Shown in pieces: positions 12,760 to 24,089 of a stretch of 64,000 nucleotides of DNA. Under the pieces are notes generated by a model, which was not told the origin of the DNA, did no database searches, and saw only the letters and a list, made by a program, of their open reading frames with translations. This DNA comes from Chrysemys picta bellii (taxonomy: Eukaryota): NCBI RefSeq assembly GCF_011386835.1, contig NC_088807.1, positions 19,096,001-19,160,000 on the forward strand, given 5' to 3'. The first letter of the stretch is position 1; every line of letters starts with the position of its first letter. Position numbers and translations under genes: made by a program.

Positions 12760-14245
12760 TGGAATGGTAATCTGCTGTTTATTAATTAGTCTAAAAATAA
12801 CACATGAATTTTGGTCAATGATATAATGTTAATAACACTGAACTAATGCTGAGTTCCTGTTGGCTGCAATATTAAGAAATGTGTTGGTGTTTTGGGTGAC
12901 TGGTTAAAATAAACCCTAAAGCAAGGATTATTATGATGATTAATGATTCATTATGGACACGTGATTAATATCTAGTGGATAATAAATGTCTTTATTGATC
13001 AGTGGTAATGAAAACTGATATCAACTGATTTTTATTAGTAGTTACCAACTGTTCAATTTCTTAATGAGTTCGTAATAATGAAATATGAAGCTGTGTTATT
13101 AATTGGCGATCAGTTATTTAGTAAATAATCAATAACTTCAATCAATTATAATAATGACATTAATCTACTATGACTAATTATTACTGACTAATCAACGCCT
13201 TTGTTTATAGTTTATAATAATGGTTAATAACGATATATGATAGGCTGTTTATAATAGCTAATTATCAATACTTTTAATCAATTGTTAATATTAATAAATT
13301 ATTTACCAATGACTAATTATTATGACTTACTAATCCATGCCATTGTTTATAGTTTATAATAATGGTTAATAATGATATATGATTGGCTGTCTATACTAAT
13401 TAGTTACTTATCAATATATTATTTACTGATAATTAATTATTATGAGTCACTAATCAATGCCTTTGTTGGTCAGGGATATTACTAATTGATATTATCATAA
13501 TAAGGACTGATGACTGATTATTAATGACTAATCATTGCCATTATTGATCATTTGCCATAATGATCAGTAAAACTCTATTACGGATTGATAGTTAATTATT
13601 AGTGACTAATCAATCAACTTGTTAGTTATAATAATGATTGATACAGATGTATTAGTGCTAGAGGGCTAGTTATTGGTAGCTAATCAATACCTTCATCGAT
13701 CAGTTGCAACAGTGAGTGAAAAAGTTGTATTAATGGTTAATTATTTGTAACTAATGTGTACCTTCATTGATTGGTTACAATAGGGAATAATAAAGTTATC
13801 TTAATTGTTAATTATTAGTAACTAATCAGTTTGCTATAAGTTATAATAATGGTTAATAAAGATAGAATTGATGGTAAGTACTTAGCAATTAATCAATACC
13901 TTTATTAATCAATAATAATATTGACTAATAACAATGTATTATCTATTGTCCTTATCAGTACCAATTTATTGTTTATTAATCATCATTATCTATATATTTA
14001 TTGGTGCTTTATTATTAGCCATTCATCAATTTAGTGAGTAATCAATACCTTTACTGGTCGATTATAAAAATGATTAATAGCACTGTATTATCTATTGATC
14101 ATTGATTATTAGTGGCCAGCTCAGAGTGTCATTGATCCGTGATAATGCTGATGAAGAGCAATGTGTCATGTATTAATAACTATTAATATCAATGTATCAT
14201 TTATTGGTGGTTCATTATCAGCGGTTAATCAATACCGTTAACGAT
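12760..14245. repeat. AT-rich degenerate tandem-repeat island
   Basis: Recurrent TAATCAATACCTT and GTTTATAGTTTATAATAATGGTTAATAA motifs; two units about 140 bp apart at 13180 and 13320. Confidence 0.6.
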
Positions 14246-14840
14246 CAGTTCCTGTACTGGTCGCTGTGGCGGATGGTAAATGACTCCTGACTCTGGTGTT
14301 CTCTCTGTGGCAGGGGAATAACGTCTGCCCCATGGGACAGGGCAGGTGAGGCCCCCGGTGTTCTCTGTGGCAAAGCTGGCACCGACCGGACCCTGTCGGC
14401 AGGGCCGGGGCGGTGGGGCACGGTGCTACAAGTGCGAGTCATGCGGCCGGGCCTTTCTCCGACCCGTCCAACCGGCAGCACCACAAGAACATCCACACGG
14501 GCCGGCGGCCCTTTAGCTGCGGCGTCTGTGGCATCAGCGTCCGGCAGAAATCCCGCTTTCCCACCGGCGGCAACGCCTGGCTTCCACGGCTCCTTCTGTG
14601 GCCAGCGCTTCGAGAACAAGGCGGCGCTAGATTCCCACCGCCCCCAGCACCTCAAGCTGGGCCCAGCCGGGCAGCATCTCCACCAGCACGGCCAACGCAA
14701 GAAATGCTTCAGCAACTCCTCCAACCTGTGCAAACATGCCGGGATCCACCTGGGCGCCAGGCCCTTCGCCTGCCCCCAACGCCAGCGACCTGCTGACGCA
14801 CCAGCGGCTGCACACGGGAGAGAGGTCCTACCAGTGCCCG

Positions 14841-15463
14841 TGTAACCCACACACCTCCTGGGTGTGGGGTTCTGTCCCATCTAGTGGCACCGAGACCAAC
14901 TAGAGAGAGATTAACGAGTTTCCTCTACAGCCTTGGCTAATGACCAGTTGGCTTTTAGTTCATGCAGTAGAGCAGGGGTGGCCAACCTGAGCCTGAGAAG
15001 GAGCCGGAATTTACCAATGTACATTGCCAAAGAGCCACAGGAATACATCAGCAGCCCCCATCAGCTCCCCCCACCCCACTCCCAGCACCTCCCACCCACC
15101 CGCCGATCAGCGCCTCCGCCACCCTCCCTGTCTCTTGGTGTGCAGGAAGCTGGGGGGGGGGGGAGGGAGGAGCAAGGGCACGGCAGGCTCAGGGGAGGGG
15201 GAGGGAAGGGCTGGAGTGGGGGCAGGACCTGTGGCAGAGCCAGGGGTTGAGCAGTGAGCACCCCCCCGGCACACTGGAAAGTTGGCACCTGTAGCTCCAG
15301 CCCCAGAGTCGGTGCCTATACAAGGAGCCGCTTATTAACTTCTGAAGAGCCGCATGTGGCTCCAGAGACACAGGTTGGCCACCTCTGCAGCAGAGGCTCA
15401 TGCACTAAGCAAGGTCCTAGGTTTGATCCCACCCGCCGACGACCGGGGTCTGTCGGTGTTAAA
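14841..15463 (+). mobile_element. ~200-bp LTR-like element (TGTAAC...GTTAAA) interrupted by a MITE
   Basis: Near-inverted termini; 4-bp TSD CCCG on both sides; removing it restores the zinc-finger reading frame. Confidence 0.65.
14973..15387. mobile_element. hAT-type MITE nested in the LTR-like element
   Basis: TIRs CAGGGGTGGCCAACCTG / CAGGTTGGCCACCTCTG (16/17); TSD CAGTAGAG / CAGCAGAG. Confidence 0.88.
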
Positions 15464-15809
15464 CCCGCTCTGCCACGAGAGGTTCAAGCACCTGCATGAT
15501 GCCCGGGTGCTGGTGCACCAGCAGCAGCACCACCTCGCGGGCGCAGCAGAGACCTTAGTGACGTGCCTGTGTGCGGACGGGGTCCCGCCCCTCCCCGAAC
15601 ACCCCAGCCCCTCATGAGATAAACGAGATGTGAATACAGTGTCTGTGCCTGTCTTCAAACGAGGGGGGGAAGGGGGCGGTTGGTTCAGGGGGGCAGGGAC
15701 TGGGGATTGGGGCCTTTCTCCTCTAGGGGCACCGGCTCATCCGGCCCCAGGGCAGGGACTGGCTGGCTCAGGGGGGTGGGGACTGGGGCACTGGGCCCCT
15801 CCCCTCTTT

Positions 15810-16311
15810 GCCCACAGTCAAGATGGCGCCTCTCTGCCTGCCCCTCCTGTGGCCCACAAGGGCACCTCCAAGGGAGCCTCTTGGAATGTTTTACTTCCCT
15901 GCCCACAGTAAAGATGTTGCCTCCCCTCGGCCCCCCCTTTTGCCCACAGTAAAGATGGCTCCTTGCCCGCCACACATCCCCTTGCCCACACTCAAGATGG
16001 CACCCCTCTGATTACACCTTCGCTGCCCACAGTCAAGATGGCGCCTGTCCTAGTCCCCACCCCTTTGCCCACAGTCAAGATGGCGGTAGGGGGCTGGGCC
16101 TCGGAAGGAAGTGGAGTTGTGGGGGGAGCGAGGGTCCCATTGGGTCTGTCTGTGGCCAATCAGGGCGCTGGGGGCGGGCAGTGGGGGAGGGGGCGACGAG
16201 GGGCACAGCCTACGCCCCCCTCTTCCCGTGGGGCCGGCACCGGCGACCCCCGCCCGGGGCGGAAGTGACGAGCCCTGGCTCATGCCAAAATGTCGGCGCC
16301 CAGGGGGAGCT
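15810..16311 (+). promoter_or_regulatory. FIZ1 promoter and first exon: YY1-motif array, CCAAT, GC box, ETS (CGGAAGT); donor GCT|GTAAGT at 16311/16312
   Basis: Six GCCCAC-N4-AAGATG units at 15810-16087, CCAATCA ~16157, CGGAAGTGACG ~16260, canonical donor. Confidence 0.7.
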
Positions 16312-16429
16312 GTAAGTATTGGGGGGCGCCCCCCCCTCCACCGGGGACTGGGGGAGCACAAGGGGCCAGGAGTGGGGAACCCCCGGCTCTGGCTCCAGCC
16401 CCCCTGCTCTGACCACTGGCCCCCACGCC

Positions 16430-16765
16430 CCTGCCAGAGCCGGGGAGAGAACCCAGGAGTCCTGACTCCCAGTCCCCCTCCTCTAACCACTAGCCCCCCA
16501 CTACCCTGCCAGAGCCAGGGAGAGAACCCAGGAGTCCTGACTCCCAGCCCCCCTCCTCTAACCACTAGCCCCCCACTACCCTGCCAGAGCCAGGGAGAGA
16601 ACCCAGGAGTCCTGACTCCCAGCCCCCCTCCTCTAACCACTAGCCCCCCACTACCCTGCCAGAGCCAGGGAGAGAACCCAGGAGTCCTGACTCCCAGCCC
16701 CCCTCCTCTAACCACTAGCCCCCCACTCCCCTGCTAGAGCCGGGGAGAGAACCCAGGAGTCCTGC
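16430..16765 (+). repeat. ~62-bp tandem repeat (GAGAACCCAGGAGTCCTG family) in FIZ1 intron 1
   Basis: Five to six head-to-tail copies. Confidence 0.9.
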
Positions 16766-17135
16766 CCTGCCCCGGCCAGTCACAGGAGGTTCCCGCTGGC
16801 TGGTGGCCCGAGCGGTTATAAATAGAGGGGCAGAGCCAGGGCTTTGGAATTAATCTGCTTCCTCGGCCCGGGGCGCCAAGAACCAGGCAATGGGGATCAG
16901 GAGATTAACGAGGCCTGCGGGTTTATAACGGTCTGCAGGTAATTACCAGTCCCCTGAGCCAGGGATCGAGGCCAGCGCCCCCTAGAGGGGACAAGCCCCG
17001 TGCCCCATTCCCTGCCCCCCTGAGCCAGCCAGTCCCTGCCCTGGGGCGGGATCAGGGCCAGGGCCCCCTAGAGGGAGCATCACTGACTCGGCTCCTGTTT
17101 GCGATTCCCAGAGGCGTCGGTGGGACTCGGCGGGG

Positions 17136-18554
17136 ATGGAGCGCTATGGCACTGATCTGCCCGGGGGACTGGGCACCGGCTGGGCAGAGGAGCCCGGGCA
17201 GCCCCCCGGCCGGGCACCTGGCACCATCGAGCGCATGGTGCCGTGCTTGGACCCAGAGGACAGCCCCAACGGGCTGGCGCCAACCCCGCTGATGGACAAT
17301 GGGGCGGGCGCCCGGGTGCCCTTCCACTGCTCCGAGTGCGACAAGAGCTTCCGGTACCGCTCGGACCTGCGGCGCCACTTCGCCCGGCACACGGAACTCA
17401 AACCCTTCCAGTGCCCGCACTGCAGCAAGAGCTTCAAGCACTCCTTCAACCTGGTCAACCACATCCGCAGCCACACCGGCGAACGCCCCTACCGCTGCAC
17501 CGTCTGCCCCAAGGGCTTCCGCGACTCCACCGGCCTGCTCCACCACCAGGTGGTGCACACGGGCGAGAAACCCTACTGCTGCCACGTCTGCGAGCTCCGC
17601 TTCTCCTCCCGCAGCAGCCTGGGCCGGCACCTCAAGCGCCAGCACCGACCGCCCCCCGGAGGGGGCGCCCCCGAGCCGCCCAGCGCCACCCGCTGCCTGG
17701 AGCGCCTGTGTGGCCAGGGGCGGGCGGCCCCCTATGGCTGCGGGGCCTGCGGGCGTCACTTCCGCCTGGCACCCGAGCTGGGGAAGCACTGGTTGGCTCA
17801 CACCGACATCAAGCCCTTCAAGTGCCCCGACTGCGAGCGCGACTTTAACGCCCCCTCCCTGCTGGAGCGCCACAAACTCACCCACGCCAAGGACCGACCG
17901 CTGCTCCTACCCTGCCAAGGCTGCGCGGGCAAGGGGGCCCCGGGGCAGCAGGAGCTGCAGGGGCCGGGCTGCCCGGTCTGCAAGCCCCAGGACACCCGCC
18001 CCCTGGACAGCCTGTACCAGTGCGAGTGTGGTACCTTCTTTGCCAACGCTGGCGCCCTGGCCGCTCATCTGGCGGCGCACACGGGCGAGGCCTCCTTCGC
18101 CTGCGGCATCTGTGGCATGAGCTTCGGGGCCCTGCCGCCCCTGGAGTCCCACCAGCTGAGCCACGCCATGCTGCTGCCCCCGGAGGGTGCCCCCCAGCCG
18201 GTGGCGACAGGGCCTGTGCCGCCGGCTGGCGGGGAGCTGGAGCGCCACCTGCTGCCGCGGCTGGAGCTGCGGGCTTTCCCCGCCCGCCCCGGCAAGAAGC
18301 TCTACAAGTGCACGGAGTGCGAGAAGTTCTTCCGCAGCCCGCGGGACCTGGACCGGCACGTGCTGGTGCACACAGGCGAGAAACCCTACCAGTGCACCGA
18401 GTGCGGCAAGTTCTTCCGGCACGAGTGCTACCTGAAACGGCACCGGCTGCTCCACAGTGGGGAGCGCCCCTTCCAGTGCAGCGTCTGCCACAAGGGTTTC
18501 ATCACCTTCAGCAACCTCTCCCGCCACCTCAAACTGCACCGTGGCATCGACTAG
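17136..18554 (+). CDS. FIZ1: FLT3-interacting zinc finger 1 orthologue, 472 aa, 11 C2H2 fingers
   Basis: RVPFHCSEC.KSFRYRSDLRRHFARH...[23 protein letters not shown]...FSSRSSLGRHLKRQH and C-terminal FRSPRDL.RHVLVH...NLSRHLKLHRG.D match recalled FIZ1; acceptor CAG at 17109-17111. Confidence 0.95.
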   Translation: MERYGTDLPGGLGTGWAEEPGQPPGRAPGTIERMVPCLDPEDSPNGLAPTPLMDNGAGARVPFHCSECDKSFRYRSDLRRHFARHTELKPFQCPHCSKSFKHSFNLVNHIRSHTGERPYRCTVCPKGFRDSTGLLHHQVVHTGEKPYCCHVCELRFSSRSSLGRHLKRQHRPPPGGGAPEPPSATRCLERLCGQGRAAPYGCGACGRHFRLAPELGKHWLAHTDIKPFKCPDCERDFNAPSLLERHKLTHAKDRPLLLPCQGCAGKGAPGQQELQGPGCPVCKPQDTRPLDSLYQCECGTFFANAGALAAHLAAHTGEASFACGICGMSFGALPPLESHQLSHAMLLPPEGAPQPVATGPVPPAGGELERHLLPRLELRAFPARPGKKLYKCTECEKFFRSPRDLDRHVLVHTGEKPYQCTECGKFFRHECYLKRHRLLHSGERPFQCSVCHKGFITFSNLSRHLKLHRGID

Positions 18555-19320
18555 CCGGGCGGGGCTCCTGGCAGTCCCGGCCGGCCTGCGCGTCCTGCCT
18601 CCCACCTCCGGCTCTCCCTGCTGGCGTAGCCACAGGCCGGCATGTTCTGCTCGGGTGCCCTCTTGGTGTTGGGCCGCGCACACCGGTTTGTTATTGCAGG
18701 GTCTCTGGCACATGTCAGTTTGTTATTGTAGGGTCACTCATGAGCGCTGGGCTGGACAGATCGGTTTGTTATCGTAGGGTCTCTCTGCATATGCTGGCTT
18801 GTTTTTGTAGGATCACTCGAGCACTGGGCTGCACAGATCGGTTTGTTATTGTAGGGTCTTTCTGCACCTGCCGGCTTGTTATTGGAAGGTCTCATTGCAC
18901 ATGCTGGTTTGTTTCTGTAGGGTCTAATTACAAATGGCAATCTATTGCTGTAGGGTTACTCATGAGCGCAAGCCAGTTTGTTTATTGCAGGATCACTCAT
19001 TAGTGCTGGGTTGTACACAATGGTTTGTTATTCTAGGGTCTCATTGTACACGCTGGTTTGTTATTGTAGGGTCTCACTACGTATGCTGGCTCGTCATTGT
19101 ACGGTCCCTCATAAGCTTGGGACTGCACCGAGAAATGTTATTAGAGGGCGTTGGGACTGTGTGGGCCAGTCTGTTGTTGCAGGGTCTTTTGAAAGTGCTC
19201 ACGCCGCTGTGTGCCCTAGGCTAGTTATCAGGAGGTTGGGTTCAGCCCTGCCTCGCTTCCAAGGGACAGAAGACCCAGCAGTCACTTAGAATGAATATAT
19301 TCTACGGGGGGAGCTATCAG

Positions 19321-19486
19321 GGGAGGGATAGCTCAGTGGTTTGAGCATTGGCCTCCTAAACCCAGGGTTGTGAGTTCAGTCCTTGAGGGGGGCCATTTAG
19401 GGATCTGGGGCAAAATCAGTACTTGGTCCTGCTAGTGAAGGCAGGGGGCTGGACTCAATGACCAAGGTCCCTTCCAGTTCTATGAG
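19321..19486 (+). mobile_element. tRNA-derived turtle-type SINE
   Basis: GGGAGGGATAGCTCAGTGGTTTGAGCATTGGCC...GTGAGTTCAGTCC with CR1-type 3' end ccttccagttctatga. Confidence 0.88.
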
Positions 19487-20177
19487 ATAGGTATATCATA
19501 TATATATATATATATATATATATAGGGATCCTGCACTGCCCAGCATCCCCACTAGGGGTCTCTGTACATCCAGGGCCATAGTGTCTCCTGGACACTATCC
19601 CTTCCTGCATTGCTCTGCTCAGTGGTTTTGCCCCATGTGCCCCCATCTCTGCCCTGTGACCCCCTGTCAGGGACCCTCTCTCATCAGTTCACACCAGCTC
19701 CATGGACTCAATGGAGCTACGTCCAATTTATTCCAGTTTATGAATCTATCATCTAGGGAGAGCAGAATATTGGAGCCACGGGGGGGATTTTAAGGCCGAG
19801 GCTTGAGGCTGCCCCAGAGACTAGGCGGGGCCTTTAACATACAGACTCAGACCCAATTGGACCAGAAGGAATCTCCAGATTCTTCCCTGCACCGCGGTCC
19901 GTGCGATACCGACCCAGGCAGCCTCAGCTGCCACACTGCCATCCAGCCCGTGTGGAGGCGTCGGCTTGGATCCCACCGCTAACACCAAATCCTTAGTGAT
20001 GGCCAAGACTCCTTCACATGCACACACATCCTAGTCCGCACTGGTGACTGGAGAACCAGCAAGCCTGTGAGCTAGGATCTAGCCCTGCCTGTCTTTTTGA
20101 CTGCAGGATGTGGGGGTGTCACTCAGGCGCCCCTCCTCTAACCTTCCACATGCCCTCTCACCCAGCTACATCATGGG

Positions 20178-20355
20178 GCGAGGGATAGCTCAGTGCTTTG
20201 AGCATTGGCCTGATAAACCCTGAGTTGTGAGTTCAATCCTTGAGAGGGCCATTTAGGGAACTGCGGTAAAAATCTGTCTCAGGATTGGTCCTGCTTTGAG
20301 CAGGGGGTTGGATTAAATGACCACCTGAGGTCCCTTCCAACCCTGATATTCTATG
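20178..20355 (+). mobile_element. tRNA-derived turtle-type SINE
   Basis: Same head; tail ggtcccttccaaccctgatattctatga. Confidence 0.85.
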
Positions 20356-22719
20356 AAAAGATGCTTCTCTCCCATTGCACGCTGGTGTGTTATTGTAGGG
20401 TCTCTCAGTTGTGTGTTCCACACCCTTTGGTTATTGTAGGGTCTCTAAGAAATGCCCAAGGTCTTGCTTGTTATTATAGATTCTCTCAGGAGTGCTGGGG
20501 CTGCACACACCCCTTTGTTATTGTAGGGTCTCTCATAATGCCAAGGGTCACACTTGTTATTGTAGGGTCATTTGCAGACATTGCCAGTTCAGTACCACAG
20601 AGAAACTCCTGTGCTGCAGATGCTGGTTTATTATTGTAGGATCCCTCGTAAACACATGATTGCCCACACTGGTTTGCAGTTGTGGGATCTCTGCTGGACA
20701 CTAGGCTGCAGCCGCTAGGGTTTGTTATTGTAGGGTCTTCTCAATGCTGGGCCGCACACATCAGCTTGTTATTGTGAGGTCTCCCAGGAGTTCAGATCTG
20801 CGGACGCTTTGCTCAGCTGCAGAAGGGACACGGCGCTGGTTTTGAGGGGAGGGGAGACAGACGCCGGAGCCGGAGGTGGGAAGAGAGCGAATCTCAGATT
20901 TTGGATTGACTGGGCCTTCCCTGTCCCTTGGCATGTGATACCCTGCCGTGGCGCCTACTCTAGTTCCCAAGAGCCAGGTCCCCGTTTTTTGGTTTCAAAT
21001 AGTTTAGTGTTGTTTTTTTTCTCTCCCTTTGTTTGTAAAGAATCCCCCGAACTCCCCTGCTGAGAAGCTCGACACTGAAAAACCAGGAAATAAAAAAACT
21101 CTTTCCCTCTCCTGACCAAGCCCCGGCTTTTATTTCTTCTGGATGCCAAAAACTGGCGGGGAGGGTGTGGGGGATGGGGACAGGCCCCAAGTTTGGGCAG
21201 GACTCCCTAGGGCGTCTGCTCCTTGTTCTTCGGGTCAGCAAATCCAGTCAGTTCACCCCTTTCGGAAACTGATCAAAACCCATCTTCAAACCAGAGAGGC
21301 CGTTTGCCCCTGCTTCTCCTATGGGAAGGCTGCTCCGGAACCTCACTCGGTTCCTGGTTAAAAACCACCTTTGAAATGTAACCCACGGCCCATTTGCGTT
21401 AGGCCTATGCTGTCCTGCAGCTTCGCTTCCTCTTCTCCCTGCCCGGTGGCGACGGCCGGCGGTTTAGGCTTAACACGCCGAGCTCTTTCAGTCTCTGCTG
21501 CTGAGATCAGCTCTCCCGTCGCCCGATCAGCGCGTGGGTTTTCCGAACAAACCCAACTTCAGTTCGAACGGCAGCTCCTCAAATGAAATTGCAGTGGTTA
21601 GGTACAACATTTGATATATATATATATTTTTTACCTTTGATTATGATCTAGTTGTGGATCCACCAACCATCTCGCTGGTTAGCTTACCGAAAAGAAGATT
21701 GAGCGGTGATTTGGTTACGGTTACCTTCTGGGAGAAACACTGCCCATGTAACGGGGTGATCTGGGGCACAGCCCAATCCCCTGTTCAATGGCATGGCTGA
21801 AGGAATTTTGATTTCCTTACCCCTTCTCGACCTGAGCTGCTGGTCACAGTTCAGGGCGCAGGGCATGTTCCTGGTGGAAGTAGAAATCGATGGAGTTTGC
21901 TGTCATCTTGTTTATTTACAAAGTCAGGGAGGACCATGAACGAGAGTGGTTTCTAAGCGTACTGCCCCTCGACAACAGACCCCACAGCGCGCTCTCTAGC
22001 TTTTCCCACGTCCTGTGCCGTGCTCACGGGCTGCTGCTTGGCTGTCTTGCATTTCTGCCTTCGAGGCCTCTCTGTTGCCAGGGTCCGTGGCCACATCTAC
22101 GCTACAGGCTTTGGCCGACGCCCCCGGTCCGGCGGCATACAGCCAACGGTTGCATACCACTCGGGCGCTCGGCTGCTGGCGTCGGCACTGAGGATATGCA
22201 CTAGGACCCCATGCCTAATGTGCCGCAGAGAGGTGGCACGGGGGTGCCGCACGCTACTGTCCGGCTCGGTGCCTCTTGGGAACCTACCCAGAGATCTCAA
22301 CTTTCTCCGTCTCACAGTAACAATATAGGCAAGGGTCTAGGATGGGGGGGAAAGAAGCAATGTCAGAAGGAGGGCTGGGGGGGGAGGCTCCTGATCTCAG
22401 CCCAGAAAACCCCAAAGACACCCCATTAGGAGGGCTAGACTTGAGGGACTAAAGCAGAGATTTGAGCTCTGTAAAAGACCCCGCAAATGAGGACCTTGTT
22501 CTCAGGCTGGGGAGGAAATTCTTGCAAGAACCAGAGAGAGCTGGGGGCGTGTTTTTTGGGAAGAACACATAAGTTATTGGTCTCAAAAGCCAACTGGGTG
22601 ATATTTAATGCTGTTTGCTATACAGGAGGTCAGATGGATGCTTTAAACTAGTAATCTCTTATCTGCCGTCATCCATCTCTACACATTCCTGTTCTGCGTT
22701 TGGAAAGAAGCTGGATGAC

Positions 22720-22890
22720 GAATTCACATGTGACAGTGCTAGGGAACTGTTTGCTATTCCCTCAGTAACCAGCATTTTAAATGACAACTAGTAAAGTCAA
22801 CCCATTTGCAATCAGCAGGCCCAGACAACTTGCACCCAAGAGTGTGCAAAGAATTGGCCGAGGCGCTCTCTGACCCATTAATGTTGTGCC
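22720..22890 (+). mobile_element. Old CR1 ORF2 fragment
   Basis: gcaggcccagacaacttgcacccaagagtg...gaattggccgagg (GPDNLHPRV..ELAE-like). Confidence 0.6.
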
Positions 22891-23019
22891 ATTGTTTGAA
22901 ATGGTCAATGGAATGAACTGGGTACATGTAGGCTGGTTACCTTGATATTGGTTCTGGGTAAAATCATGGGGAGGCCAATATAGGACGTGGTCAGTAGAGA
23001 ACGACAGGATGCTAAGAGC

Positions 23020-23225
23020 CTAGCTCTTGTAGAGTACTTTCCATCAGCAGAGCTCAAAGCGTTTAACCAAGGAGGGCAGCATTAGCATCTCCATTTTACA
23101 GAGGGGGGAAACTGAGGCACAGCGAGGGGGACCGTGACTTGGCCAAAGTCACCCAGCCGGCCAGTGGCAGAGCCAAGATCTGCTGAATGTCAGTCCAGCA
23201 TCTCGTCCGCTAGGCCACGCCGCCT
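23020..23225. mobile_element. MIR/CORE-type SINE remnant
   Basis: ccattttacagagggggaaactgaggcacag...gacttggccaaagtcacccag core. Confidence 0.7.
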
Positions 23226-24089
23226 GCCCCAATTAACGTCAGCCACGGTGGTTTTAGGGAAATAGCGAATCCAGTTCCCCGAGAGGCGGTGCCCCAGCCT
23301 CTGCCCAACATTAAAGGGTTAAACGAGGTTTGGTAGCCAGAGCACTCAGCCCTGGCCAACACCCCATTCAAAATCCTTTTACCCTTTGATTGAAAGCTCC
23401 AGGAACCAAGGAGAGACAGGTTGAAATGTCAACTATTAAATGAGGCTTCCATCTGCACAACCTCCTTCGTTCCTTGTGGCCAGCCCGAGCCTGGAGAAGG
23501 AAAAGCCACCTCGCCTGACCATCTCTTCGAGGGTAGTAACGGCCCTTTTGGGGAAAGAGAAGTGAGCTCAGCTGGGTCGGAGCTGGGCTTGCTAAAGTCC
23601 AATCCTGTTTCATCCCAGGCGGACTTGGGGTACAGCTGGAGCTGGTGGAGATGTCGTCTGGATTTCTGGCCTCGTTCGGTCGGGACAGCTCTCAGGATTA
23701 AGACAAAGAAGGTCTGGGGTCCCAGGAGTCCGGGGGGTTGGGTGGGGGAAGCCGTGATGGTGAAGCTTGCTCACGTTGCCAATTTTTCTCCCACTCCCCC
23801 AAATTTCTTTCTATAACGACCCCAAAAGGGAGTGATGGGCGGAACAGCCCATCCCCATATTTGTCCACCGTTCAGGGCTAGTTCCTGACCCCACCTATTT
23901 CTCATCCACACTTCCGTTTACTAAGCATGATGTTAACACAGTCCCTGGTCTGGACTAATTCAGTCTTTCCCTGTCCCTTTCCTACCTTTTCCCATCAGCC
24001 TTCGTTAGTAGAGGTTATTGTGGCATCTCATGAACCGTCACGGATGTTTTATAGTTGATCTCTCAATTAGGGGAAAGCTGTAGGCCCAG

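Larger units (their letters stand above)
14413..15617 (+). pseudogene. Degenerate multi-finger C2H2 zinc-finger gene, frameshifted and interrupted by nested insertions
   Basis: Remnants YKCESCGRAF/SDPSNRQHHKNIHTGRRPFSCGVCG, CGQRFENKAALDSH, KCFSNSSNLCKHAGIHLGARPFACP, HQRLHTGERSYQCP then, after a 623-bp insert, LCHERFKHLHD. Confidence 0.75.
18680..20790 (+). repeat. Degenerate ~35-40 bp repeat with core TTGTTATTGTAGGGTCTC, split into two blocks by SINE and other insertions
   Basis: About 11 copies at 18680-19080 and about 8 at 20380-20790. Confidence 0.75.
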
